Shown: one piece after another, positions 39,165 to 54,207 of the stretch
Position numbering within the stretch: position 1 is the first letter of the stretch
How the letters are laid out: each line of letters begins with the position of its first letter
Origin: the human T2T-CHM13v2.0 reference genome, Homo sapiens
Direction: 5' to 3' (one strand)
Length of the DNA stretch: 64,000 bases
Assembly (NCBI RefSeq): GCF_009914755.1
Contig: NC_060944.1
Translations under genes and position numbers: made by a program
The notes under the pieces: generated by a model
The model's database searches: none
Seen by the model: the letters and a program-made list of their open reading frames with translations, nothing else
Told to the model about the DNA's origin: nothing

Positions 39165-39383
39165 AAAAATCAAACTTTTCATTCCCTCTTTACAGTGTTG
39201 ATGATCTCTATCTGAAAGTCTTGAGTGAATGCCTTTCTGGTTAATCAGTCACCATTGGCTGTGGGCAGGGGCTCACACCTGTAATCCCATCACTTTGGGA
39301 GACCGAGGTAGGAGTTTGAGACCAGCCTGGGCAACATTGCAAGACCCTGTCTCTATTTTATTTTATTTATTTATTTTTTTTGA

Positions 39384-39488
<105 letters not shown>

Positions 39489-39849
39489 TGAGTAGCTGGG
39501 ATTACAGGCATGTGCCATCATGCCTGGCTAATTTTGTATTTTTAGTAGAGATGGGGTTTCTCCATGTTGGTCAGGCTGGTCTCGAACTCCCGACCTCAGG
39601 TGATCCACCTGCCTCATCGTCCCAAAGTGCTAGGATTATAGCCGTGATTAAAATTATTTTTTTAAAAAAGGCTGGGTGCAGTGGCACACACCTGTAATCC
39701 CAGTACTTTGGGAGGCCCAGGTGGGAGGATCACTTGAGGTCAGGAGTTTGAGATCAGCCGGGGTAACACAACGAGACTCCTGTCTCTACCAAAAAAAAAA
39801 AAAAAAAAAAAAAAACAGAATCCTAACAACAATTAAAAAAAAAAGTAAC

Positions 39850-40680
39850 CATCCTTTCTTTCTTAAATGAAGTAATAGCCCAGTTGCCTTTCCCCCTTGT
39901 ATCTAGTGCTATTTAGAAAGAAATGGGAAACAAAGAGGGAGAGAAAGAGGGAGAAAGCCTAATATAATTGCACACTGACCTGCAAGGTAATTGAGATGCT
40001 TTCTCCACACTCCAAGATTTTTCCAAGGATAAAAAAACTTTCATTGTTATATTCGTGGTAAGTTTATATTTACATCAGTGTAATCACTAGCTTAAAGTGT
40101 CTGGTGGATTTTCCTGCTGGCAGCTTTGGTGAGTGAGGAACTTTATGCTCCAACAATGGAAAGCCCAAGTCTAGCTTTCCTTGCAGAGCTAAAAGAATGG
40201 GTTCCGGGAATGTCACAGCACTGACGTTTTCATTAGTCTGGAAACTTCATCACTGGAGTTGGTGGAAGTAAGATTTAAGTCTCAGATGTGACTTCTACAG
40301 TGAAAATACCAAAGAGCCTTCCTATGAATAATTAAATGGCTGTACTGAGCCAGAGCAACAGCAAAAGATAAAAAGCACCCGTTTGTCATCAGCCGGACTT
40401 AAAGGGGCTGAGTCCGGTTTTTATTCAACCTGCTTCAAGTGCAGCTGTGTCAGCCTTCACTCTTTTATTGGCAGGAAGGGAAGCTTTTGGTATCAGATGT
40501 TCTTCCACAGGAGAACTGCTTGTTTGCTTAGTGAAACTGCAATAATAAAATTAATTTAAAGCTTTTTATCATTTAGCTATAGCACAGAGGAAGTATAAAT
40601 GGACATTCAAAATGGCAAGATGAGTTCAAGGCCACGTAGCAAATATACCTATAGTCAGTGTAAGGATTAAAACAATTAAG
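39850..40680. promoter_or_regulatory. Candidate enhancer island (unique sequence)
   Basis: SOX AACAATGG 40152, GAS TTCCGGGAA 40202, TEAD GGAATGT 40207, HOX13 TTTTATTGG 40463, E-box plus MEIS CAGCTGTGTCA ~40442. Confidence 0.35.
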
Positions 40681-41068
40681 ATGCTTTTGTCTTTTAATTT
40701 TTTTTTTTAAGAGAGGGTCCTGCTTTGTTGCTCAGGCTGGAGTATAGTGGTGCAATCATGACTCATTTCAGATTCAAACTCCTGTTATCGAGGGATCCTC
40801 CCACCTCAGCCTCCCAAGTAGCTGGGATTACAGGTGCACACCACCATGCCCTGCTAATTTTTGTATTTTTTTAATGCAATGGGGTCTCACTATGTTCCCC
40901 AGGCTGGTCCCAAACCCCTCGGCTCAAGTGCTCTTCCCACCTCAACCTCCCAAAGTGCTGGGATTACAGATGTGAGACTGTGCCTGACCTAAAATTCTTA
41001 AAGTGCTTAGTGCTGGCTCACAGGAAATATTACTATGCGGTAGCAATTCTTATTCCTGACCAGTTTTC

Positions 41069-41414
41069 TGTATTAGTTTCCTATTGCTGCTGTGACAAAT
41101 TACCACAAGCTTAGTGACTTAAAACAACACAAATTTGGCCAGGTGCAGTGGCTCATGCCTGTAATCCCAGCACTTTGGGAGGCTGAGGCAGGCAGATCAC
41201 AAGGTCAGGAGATCAAGACCATCCTGGCCAACATGGTGAAACCTTGTCTCTACTAAAAATACAAAAATTAGCTGGGCATAGTGATGCCTGCCTGTAGTTC
41301 CACCTTCTTGGGAGGCTGAGGCAGGAGGATTGCTTGAACCAGGAGGCGGAGGTTGCAGTGAGCCGAGATCGTGCCACTGTACTCCAGCCTGGGCAACAGA
41401 GTGAGACTCCATCT

Positions 41415-41462
<48 letters not shown>

Positions 41463-41863
41463 ACAAAAAACTACAAATTTATCTTATAGCTCTGGAGTCA
41501 GATATTTCAAATGGGTCAGCAGGGCTGCATTCCTACTGGAGGCTCTAGTGGAAAATCTGTTTCCTTGCCTTTTGCAGCTTCTAGAGGCCACCTGTGTTCC
41601 TTGGTTCATAGCCCCACATCACTCTGACCTCTGTTTCCATCATCACGTCTCCTTTTCTGACTCTGATCCTCCTGCTTGGCTCCTATAAGGACCCATGTGA
41701 TGACATTGTACCCACCTGGATAATTCGGAATAATCTTCCCATCTCAAATCTTTAATTTGATCACATCGGCAGTCACTTTTGTCCTGGTAAGGTAATGCCC
41801 ACAGATTCTGAGGATTAGGGTGTGGTCTTGTTTGGGAAACAGGACATTACTCAGTTTACCACA
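41069..41863 (-). mobile_element. MLT1C/D LTR split by AluSc (41137-41470, +) with (CA)n tail
   Basis: tgtattagtttcctattgctgctgtgacaaattaccac...cagtttaccaca; near-TSD ttttc/tcttc. Confidence 0.8.
41417..41458 (+). repeat. (CA)~21 replacing an Alu A-tail
   Basis: Direct reading. Confidence 0.95.
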
Positions 41864-42023
41864 TCTTCTTTCAATTTCACTGCTCTAGGCTGGGCACAGT
41901 GGCTCACGCCTGTAATCCCAACACTTTGGGAGGCTGAGGCGGGCAGATTGCTTGAGTCCAGGGGTTCAAGACTAGCCTGGGCAACATGGTGTGATCTCAT
42001 CTCACAGAAAAATATAAAAATTA

Positions 42024-42917
<894 letters not shown>

Positions 42918-43463
42918 TATCGAAGCAATCAAGTAAGTTGTCAGTGTCCCATGGCTACTAAGTGATAGAGGAAGGTTTTGAACCCAGGTCTGCCGCAGAG
43001 CTCATGTTCTGTAACCGCTCCCAGTCACTTGTCTTTTTTTAAAAAAAATTTCCCTTTTCTTTTTCACCTGCTGTCAAACCCAGTCACTTCTTTTAGCTGG
43101 CTTTGCGGCTCATTGTACCTAAGGGAGACTGTGGACCCAGTGTGTAATAAAGCTAAAAGGTGCCTATTTTCAAGTTCCTGATTTGAAGGAAGAGTGTAGA
43201 CCCTGATCTGGTGGGGATGGGGGTGCTGTAACTCTCAGGCTGCGGCCGAGTGTGGGAGCGCCCTGGGCATCCTTGGGCAGCACACACAGACTCATGGGTC
43301 AGATGGGAGTGGCTGGATTTCCACTATTTTTCTGCGTTCAAATTCTGCGGCAGGACATAGTAACAGAAAACTGGCTTAAAAAGTATGCGCATGCATGTCC
43401 TTTATCAATACGTAATGTGCTTACGGTAGTACACATCAGGACACAGACCCAGGACCCAGGCAA

Positions 43464-43512
43464 CTTTCCTGGAATGTGGCTCTACTAGAAGTAGCTTTCC
43501 TAGAATATGGCT
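43464..43512. promoter_or_regulatory. Tandem STAT (GAS)/BCL6 motifs
   Basis: TTCCTGGAA 43466-43474 and TTCCTAGAA 43497-43505 within an imperfect ~16-bp triple repeat. Motif match only. Confidence 0.4.
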
Positions 43513-43662
43513 TTTAGCCCACAAACTGCCTGCACTACCGAAGAAGAAGGAAAAGAAATAGGTGGTCTGTCTCTGCTCCCATTTTGTTTGTTTGTTACTC
43601 TTTTTTACGCTCTAGGGTTGATATTGTCATAATTTTATTTTATTTTATTATTTTTTTTTTGA

Positions 43663-43827
<165 letters not shown>

Positions 43828-44215
43828 TGAGATGGTGTTTCTCCATGTTGGCCAGGCTGGTCTCGAACTCCTGACCTCAGGTGATCCACCAGCCTCCACC
43901 TCCCAAAGTGCTGGGATAACAGGCGTGAGCCACCGCACCTGACCGATATTGTCATAATTTTAAATCTGATTTCTGATTTCACTAGGACAAAAACTCACAG
44001 GAGAGGCAAGGCTGATTTGGCTAGTCTTTCTACCCGTAAGAGTTCTGTGAAGCTTTTTTTTTTTTTTTTTTTGAGACAGAGTCTAACTCTTTCCACCAAG
44101 GCTGGAGTGCAGTGGTGTGAACATGGTTCACTGCAGCCTCAACCTTCCAGGCTTAAGTACTCCTCCCACCTCAGCCTCCCTGGGACCATAGGTATGTGGA
44201 ACCACACATGGCTAA

Positions 44216-44428
<213 letters not shown>

Positions 44429-45615
44429 TGACCTAATCATAGCTCACTGCAGCCTTGAATTCCTGGACCCAGTTATTTTTGTTTTCTTTTTGTAGAGATG
44501 GGTTTCTCTTTATGTTGCCACCAGACTGGTCTTGAACTCCTGGTGTCAAGCAATCCTCCTGCCTCAGCCTCCAAAAGTGCTGCGATTACAGGCATGAGCC
44601 ACCATACCCAGTAAAATTCTTTACCTTGTGAGGTTTATGTGTTTATTTTGTGTTCAGACACTTTAGTCTTTGGAGAAAAAAACCCTGAAAAACAAAGAGT
44701 TGCATTAGCATTAGAATATGAGAAAAAGAAGGGTCACATTTAGAATATTGCAAGGCTATCAATTCACAGAAGGTATACCTGGCACATCCCTCTGAGTATT
44801 GGATGCCACTTGGTTTGAATCCTTTACTTACGGGATAAAACCGTAGGTGTTCTACCTAATCTCTATCAGTTACCTTATCAGTGACACAGGTGATGTTACA
44901 GTTGTTGGCTGCATCCCTACTGGAAAGCTGGAAGAATGGTCCATGCTGGTACATTATTCGTGGGTTAATCTAACTCTACAGCTGCACCATCCCAGGAAGC
45001 CTAAAAAATGTGAAGGTTTAGGAAATTGAAACGTTATTGACTTTTTACTCCTTGGCATCTTGTCATCTCTCAGTCCTGGCTCTTTTATTGTTGGTTTATA
45101 ATCCATGGGCTCTGAATCTACCACAATAACTTTATGTTATCTATTACATATGGTATTATATAATAGCAAATATTATATTATATTACCAATATCGTGTGGT
45201 TGGCTGCATAGCATTTATTGCAAAATCATGATTTGGGCACATTTTACTCAAAATATGTTTGAATCAATTAATTTTTTTAAATCTATTTTTAAAGACAGGG
45301 TCTCTCTCTGCCACCCAGGTTGGAGTATAGTGGCATGATCATAGCTCACTGCATCCTTGAACTCTTGGGCTCAAGTGATTATCCCATCTCAGCCTCCCAA
45401 GTAGTTAGGACTACAAGCGTGCACCACCACACCTGGCTAATTTATTATTATTATGCTTTGTAAAGATGGAGTCTCACTGTGTTGCCCAGGCTGGTCTCCA
45501 GCTCCTGGGCTCAAGTGATTCTCCTGCCTCAGCCTCCCAAAGTGCTGGGATTATAGGCATGAGCCGCTGTGCCCACCTGAATCAATTTACTGATTTTGTT
45601 TTGTTTTGTTTTTGA

Positions 45616-45831
<216 letters not shown>

Positions 45832-46428
45832 TGATCTGCCCTCCTCAGCCTCCCGAAGTGCTGGGATTACAGGCGTGAGCCACCGCACCCAGACTTTGAA
45901 CTATTGTTCTAAAAAAAAATAGATTTTACCTTGACCAAAGAGTTTGGGACTAAATATTTTCCCCACTAGAAACATGTTGAAGTACTTATGTGGGAAAAGG
46001 GAACAGCACAGGAAATGTTGCTGAGCAAATCTCTTTACCCCCTCTTTTCAGACTGCAGTTTCACGGGGATTCCTACGCCTAAGTGCTAACACGTGTGCCT
46101 AGAAAAACAGAGGTGGCATGGATGTTAGAAGGCCGTGTGCAAGTGGATGGCATCCAATCCATAGAGTGCTTAGAGAACAGTGGAGAAAAGATGAAGGGAC
46201 AAAGAGACTGTGAAGCCAGATATCCTAAGGCTGTTGAGAGAAGCTCAAGGGGGATTGGGAGTTGGAGACTTCATCCCTCATGTGGCTGAGCTGCAAGAGT
46301 AGCTCACTCCTTTCTTGATGACAGTTACTCCAAGTCAGATAATATTTTGCCTGGCCTCCGCTCAGTAAATTGAAAATGTGCAGCCATTTGAAACTACACC
46401 ATGGCAGTGGCTCATACCTGTAATCCTA

Positions 46429-46662
<234 letters not shown>

Positions 46663-47840
46663 CTACAAAGTGAGACTCTGTCTCAAAAAACAAAACAAAA
46701 CAAAAAACAAAAACAAAACAAAACAAAACAAAAGAACTACACCATGGGCCAGGCATGGTGGCTTGCACCTGTAATCTTAGCACTTTGAGAGGCCAAGGTG
46801 GGAGGATTGCTTTACGCCAAGAGTTCGAGACCTGCCTGGGCAGTATAGTGAGACCCCCCCATCTCTAATAATAATAATAATAATAATAATAAAAAGTTAA
46901 ACTACTCTAGGTGCAGATTTTGGGGGCACAAGGATTTGCTGTGCACAAGCTGGGACATAGCTGCCTGTCCTGAAAACGGAGGGGTCTTGTCCACTTTCCC
47001 ACCATACGCTGTGGTCATCCTTTTGACAGTCCACTCCATTGATGGAACAGATAAATCAGAAGGCCTGCTGGAAGGAAACCAATTGTTCAACTCTGCTTTT
47101 GCAAAAGAATTCAAGTCATTTAAGGTTAGCCTTAAAATAGAACACCCCAGTAATGTGATCAACATGGAACAAAAGCTTCAGGAGAGACAGGAGGTCAGAG
47201 AGAAAATGATACCTCTGGTCGGCAACCCTGCAGAGACTTCCAGGAATAAGCAGGTAGCAGGCTCAGAAATGCCACTGATATCTGATGTGCCAGCAGTTTC
47301 CAAAGACCCTGGATGTTCCTTGATTCTTTACTACTTTTTTGTGTCACCAAACACTGACTCTTACATAAGACAATTTCTGAACAGAAATTGAATATAATCT
47401 CATTAATTAGATAGGGGAGATGAATTGCAATGTAAACTTAGTGAAGAATTGGTACCTAGACAAAAGAAGGGAGTGTGAGCTCACCAAGGGTATCCACAGT
47501 CAAATTACTTTGTCTGTTGGGGTGGGCTGATTAACTGGTGTTTTATTCTTTTGTTTATTATTGATGGTTGTGAACAGGGTCTCACTCTTTATCTTTTCTT
47601 CTTCCAAGACTTGTGTTAAATATATACTAGACCTTCTCACACTGTCTTCCAGGTCTTCTCTCATTCTGATCTGAATTTATTTTTATTAGTCTTACGTGTC
47701 TTTTATCCCCTAATTTACTCATAATGGATATTAAAAGTTGAAACAAGTTAAAGACATGTCCCATACTTCTAGAAATATGCTTAATGTAATCAAACATTGA
47801 ATTTTCTCCTTGATTTTTAGGTATTCTACCCTTACAGCTA

Positions 47841-47987
<147 letters not shown>

Positions 47988-48179
47988 TCATCTCTAAAAA
48001 ATTGCATGGCATGAACCCAGGAGGCGGAGCTTGCAGTGAGCCGAGATCGTGCCATGGCACTCCAGCCTGGGCGACAGAGCAAGACTCCATCTCAAAAAAA
48101 AAATAAAAAATTACATGGCCGCGCACAGTGGCTCACACCTGTAATCCCAGCACTTTGGGAGGCCGAGGTGGGTGGATCA

Positions 48180-48479
<300 letters not shown>

Positions 48480-48548
48480 CTAATCTTCATCATGACATTG
48501 AAACAATTGTCTCCCTTTATATTTTAATTCTGTTAAGATTCCATGTGA

Positions 48549-50273
<1,725 letters not shown>

Positions 50274-51134
50274 TTAAACTTTTACCCGGGAAATTTCTTT
50301 TTCTTTCTTTTTTTCTTTTTCTTTTTTTTTTTTTTTTTTTTTTGAGGCAGGGTCTTGCTCTGCCCCGAGGTTGGAGTGCAGTGATGTGATTATGGCTCCC
50401 TGCAGCCTCAACTTCCCAGCCTCAAGTCATCTTCCCACCTCAGCTCCTGAGTAGCTGGAACTACAGGCACATACCACATGCCCAGCTAACTTTTTTATTT
50501 TTTGTATAGATGGGTCTTACTATATTGCCCAGGCTGGTCTCGAGTTCTTTGGCCGCAAGAGATCCTCCCACCTCAGCCTCCCAAGGTACTGAGATTACAG
50601 GTGTGAGCCACTGTGCCTGGCCAGAACTCTCACTATACAGTCCTATCCATTTACAGCCCTTTGCCTACATGTCCTTAGATCTGTGTTTCCCAGATTTTCC
50701 CATAAATTCCCTGCAACCTTCCTTTTGACCTTGAGTGCTCTACACAGTCATCCCATTTCTAGTTCATCTATAGGAATAGTGGAGTTGACAGCAAATAATG
50801 TTTTTCAACTGCTTGAATATTAGAGTCCTTCTCCCTTGTACAGCAATATATGTCTATGATGAAGCTTAGTAAAATAGCTGTAGAACGAATTCGGAGATAA
50901 AATTACAGGAACTCTATAACAGCACGTGTGGCTTTTCTCTGTCTCTGAATCTACCTCTTCTGGAAATGAACAGGAGTAACTTAGGTGAGCTCACAAACAT
51001 AGCTACTACCATGCAGTATGTACCCTTACACCACCCCTGCCCCCACTCCCACTGTAGTTTCCTGGGCTTTAGTCTGTTCTAAGTTCTTTGATGCTTGTGA
51101 AGCTACTTCTGCTGACTTTGTTGACACTGACATT

Positions 51135-51148
51135 GTTACCATGGTTAC
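51135..51148. promoter_or_regulatory. RFX X-box
   Basis: GTTACCATGGTTAC matches 13/14 positions of the palindrome GTTACCATGGTAAC. Confidence 0.4.
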
Positions 51149-51780
51149 CAGGGAAGTCAGACAATATACTGAAGGGGAGTTGCTTCCTGCCCTAACCAGG
51201 ACAAAGACACTATAACCTTTGAGGTTGCTGGTGTATCCGTGTCCTCAGTGAAGAATTCATGTATGAGCTGAGGTTGCCAAAGAAGCAGGGAAGCTTTCTT
51301 CCCCCTCCTTTGCCTCACACTCTGTTACACTGAGTTAGAAGACATTTACCTGTGAAAACCACAATGACACACTGTTCTACCTAAGAGGCTGGCAAGATCA
51401 AAATGACTGATAAACTGTATCAGAAAGGGCGTGGAAAAACAGATATTGTTGGTGGAATGTAAATGGACATAATCTCTTTAGGAGAACAATTTGGGCATCC
51501 ATACCGTTTGATGGAGCAACTTTATCCCTAATTTATAGCACAACGTGTGCAAAACAAGCACATGGATAGAATAGTCAATGTGGCAGCATCTGTAAGTCGA
51601 AGATTAGAAACAATGGGACAGCACACTCAGTGTGGCCTTTCCATGTGCCATTGGCTCCACTCCCAGTTCACCTGCAGCCAGGGAGGAAGGTTCTGTATGT
51701 GCTGACAAGGCTCCCCACCTCAAGCCACCTGCAGCACCCTCAAGGGAAATCTTCAACCAGTGATAATGAAAGATGACGCA

Positions 51781-52704
51781 TGTCTTAGTCTACTCAGGCT
51801 GCCATAACAAAATACTAAACACTATGTGGCTTAAACAACACAATTTTATTTGCTCACAGTTCTTGATTCTAGAAGTCCAAGATCAAGATTCTGGCTGATC
51901 TGGTTTCTGATGAAGGCTTTCTTCCTGGCTTGCAGGAAAGGCCATGTGAGGAGGTCTTAGTGAGAAGGCCTTAGTGCATGCACATGGGAAGAGAGAGCAA
52001 GCTGTCCAGTGTCTTTTCTCATAAGGGCACTAATCCTATCAGATCAGGGCCCCACCCTTATGATCTCAGATAACCTTATGCTTGACCCTTGAACAACACA
52101 GGGGCTAGGGACATCAACCCCTCACACAGTTGAAAACTCACATATAACTTTTGATTCCTCAAAAACTTAACTACCTCAAGGAATTAGGACATGGAAAAAT
52201 AAAACTAACTACTAATAGACCATTGTTTGTTGACCAGAAGCCTTATAGATGGCCTTACAGATAACATAAACAGTTGGTGTGTGTTATATGTATTATATAC
52301 TGTATTCTTACAATAAAGTAAGCTAGATAAAGAAAACCATAAAGAAGAGAAAGTATATTTACTATTCATTAAGTGGAAGCAGATCATCATAAAGGTCTTC
52401 ATTCTTGTCTGAGTGTTGAGTAGGCTGAGGAGGTGGAGGAGGAAGAGGAGGGATTGGTCTTGCTGTCTCAGGGGTTGCGGAGGTGAAGGAGGTAGAAGGG
52501 GAAGCAGGAGAGGCACACATGGTGTTAATTTTTATTGGAAACATTCCACATATAACGGGACCCAAGTAATTCAAACCAGTGTTGTTCAAGGGCCAACTGT
52601 AATTACAAAAGGTCTAATCTCTAAATATTAATACATCCTCACTGGGGTTTAGGTTCCTAATATATACATTTAGTTGGGGGATACATAGACATTCAGTTTA
52701 TAAC
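51781..52704 (-). mobile_element. MLT1A0-like MaLR LTR, split by Tigger2a
   Basis: tgtcttagtctactcaggctgccataacaaaatac...; LTR sequence resumes after the Tigger and ends ...gacattcagtttataac. Confidence 0.8.
52079..52599. mobile_element. Tigger2a-like TcMar DNA transposon
   Basis: TIRs (ttgacccttgaacaacac / gtgttgttcaagggccaactg). TA TSD at 52077-52078 and 52600-52601. Internal sequence matches the recalled Tigger2a/MER8 consensus. Confidence 0.85.
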
Positions 52705-52996
52705 TGCATGTAAATACCACAGCTTTCCAGTCTTTTGGTGTGATGTTTCTGAGGCTTCTTCTACCCATTCTCTCAGAGGGGCCCCATTGAGCTAGGGCTG
52801 TCCTAAGTGGGGACTTATTTATTAATCTACCCTTTTGTGAGTCTCCTCCCTTCCCTCTCACTGGGCTTCCTGGGATCTCCTTCCAAATAAATGACCTGTA
52901 CCCAAGTCCTTGTCTAAGGGTCTTTTTTTTTTGGGAGAATGGGACAAATGTTTCAAATCACCAGTCATTTGAATCTAAAGTTATTCCTACAAGAGC

Positions 52997-53673
52997 TGCT
53001 ATGGTCTGAATGTTTGTGTTGCTCCCTGCTCTCCCAGTTTCCGTGTTGAAATTGAATCACCAATATGATGCTATTAGGAAGTAGAGCATTTGGGAGGTGA
53101 GTAGATCATGAGAGTAGAACCCTCATGAATAGGATTAGATCTTTTATTTTTATTTTTATTTTCAGACAGGGTCTCACACTGCCACCCAGCAGGCTGGAGC
53201 ACACTGGCGTGATCTCAGCTCACTGCAACTTTCGCCTCCTGGGCTCAAGCAATCCTCCTGCTTCAGCCTCTTGAGTAGCTGGGTCTACAGGTACACACAC
53301 CACACCCAGCTAATTTTTGTATTTTTTGTCGAGACAGGGTTTTGCCATGTTGCCCAGGCTGGTCTCAAGCTCCTGAGCTCAAGCAAATCTGCCTGCCTCA
53401 GTCTCCCAAAGTGCTGAGATTACAGGCGTGAGCCACCGCGCCTAGCCTGGATCTCTTATAAAAGAGATCTCAGAGAGTTAGCACATCTGTTCCACCATGT
53501 GAGGACACAGCTATAAGGTGCCATCTATGAATCAGGGCCTCACCAGACACTGAATCTGCCAGCACCTTGATCTTGGACTTCACAGCCTCTGGAGCTTTGA
53601 AAAATAAATATCTGTAGTTTATAAGCTACCCAGATTATTATATGTTGTTATAGCAGCCTAAGCAGACTAAGAA
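52997..53673 (+). mobile_element. MST (MSTD/MLT1A-type) MaLR LTR interrupted by AluJb (53141-53447, -)
   Basis: tgctatggtctgaatgtttgtg start; gcaccttgatcttggacttc; ...gcagactaaga end. Confidence 0.8.
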
Positions 53674-54054
53674 GGTATTCAGTCCTGCAGGTTGTCCCAT
53701 ATTCCTAGTACTGTGGTTGAAATTGTTATATATTGGTTCCTGTCAAACGCCAGCTCATACAGCAGCGTGGGAGAGACTGGAATTGAAGAGACTCTGGAAA
53801 TTGGTCTGCCCTGAACAGGGAATGAGGCAGGAAACAGGAAGACAGACCCAGTGGCAAGTACCAAGAGCCCAGTCTAGAGGAAAGAAGACCATATCCACCG
53901 GGCACATCGGGGCAAAAGCAGGGCTCCCGTCTCCCATCAAACCTAGAAGGTCCTCATAGATGAGTGGAACATCCATCTACTCTTGAAGAAACGAGGCAGA
54001 ATTTGAAACTTTGAAACACATTCTAACAAATTGTGATTGAAAAGTTAGATTTAG

Positions 54055-54207
<153 letters not shown>

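Larger units (their letters stand above)
51620..52945 (+). mobile_element. LTR16-family ERVL LTR, split by MLT1A0
   Basis: 3' end ccaaataaatgacctgtacccaagtccttgtctaagggtct is typical of LTR16. The 5' part flanks the MLT1A0. Confidence 0.55.
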
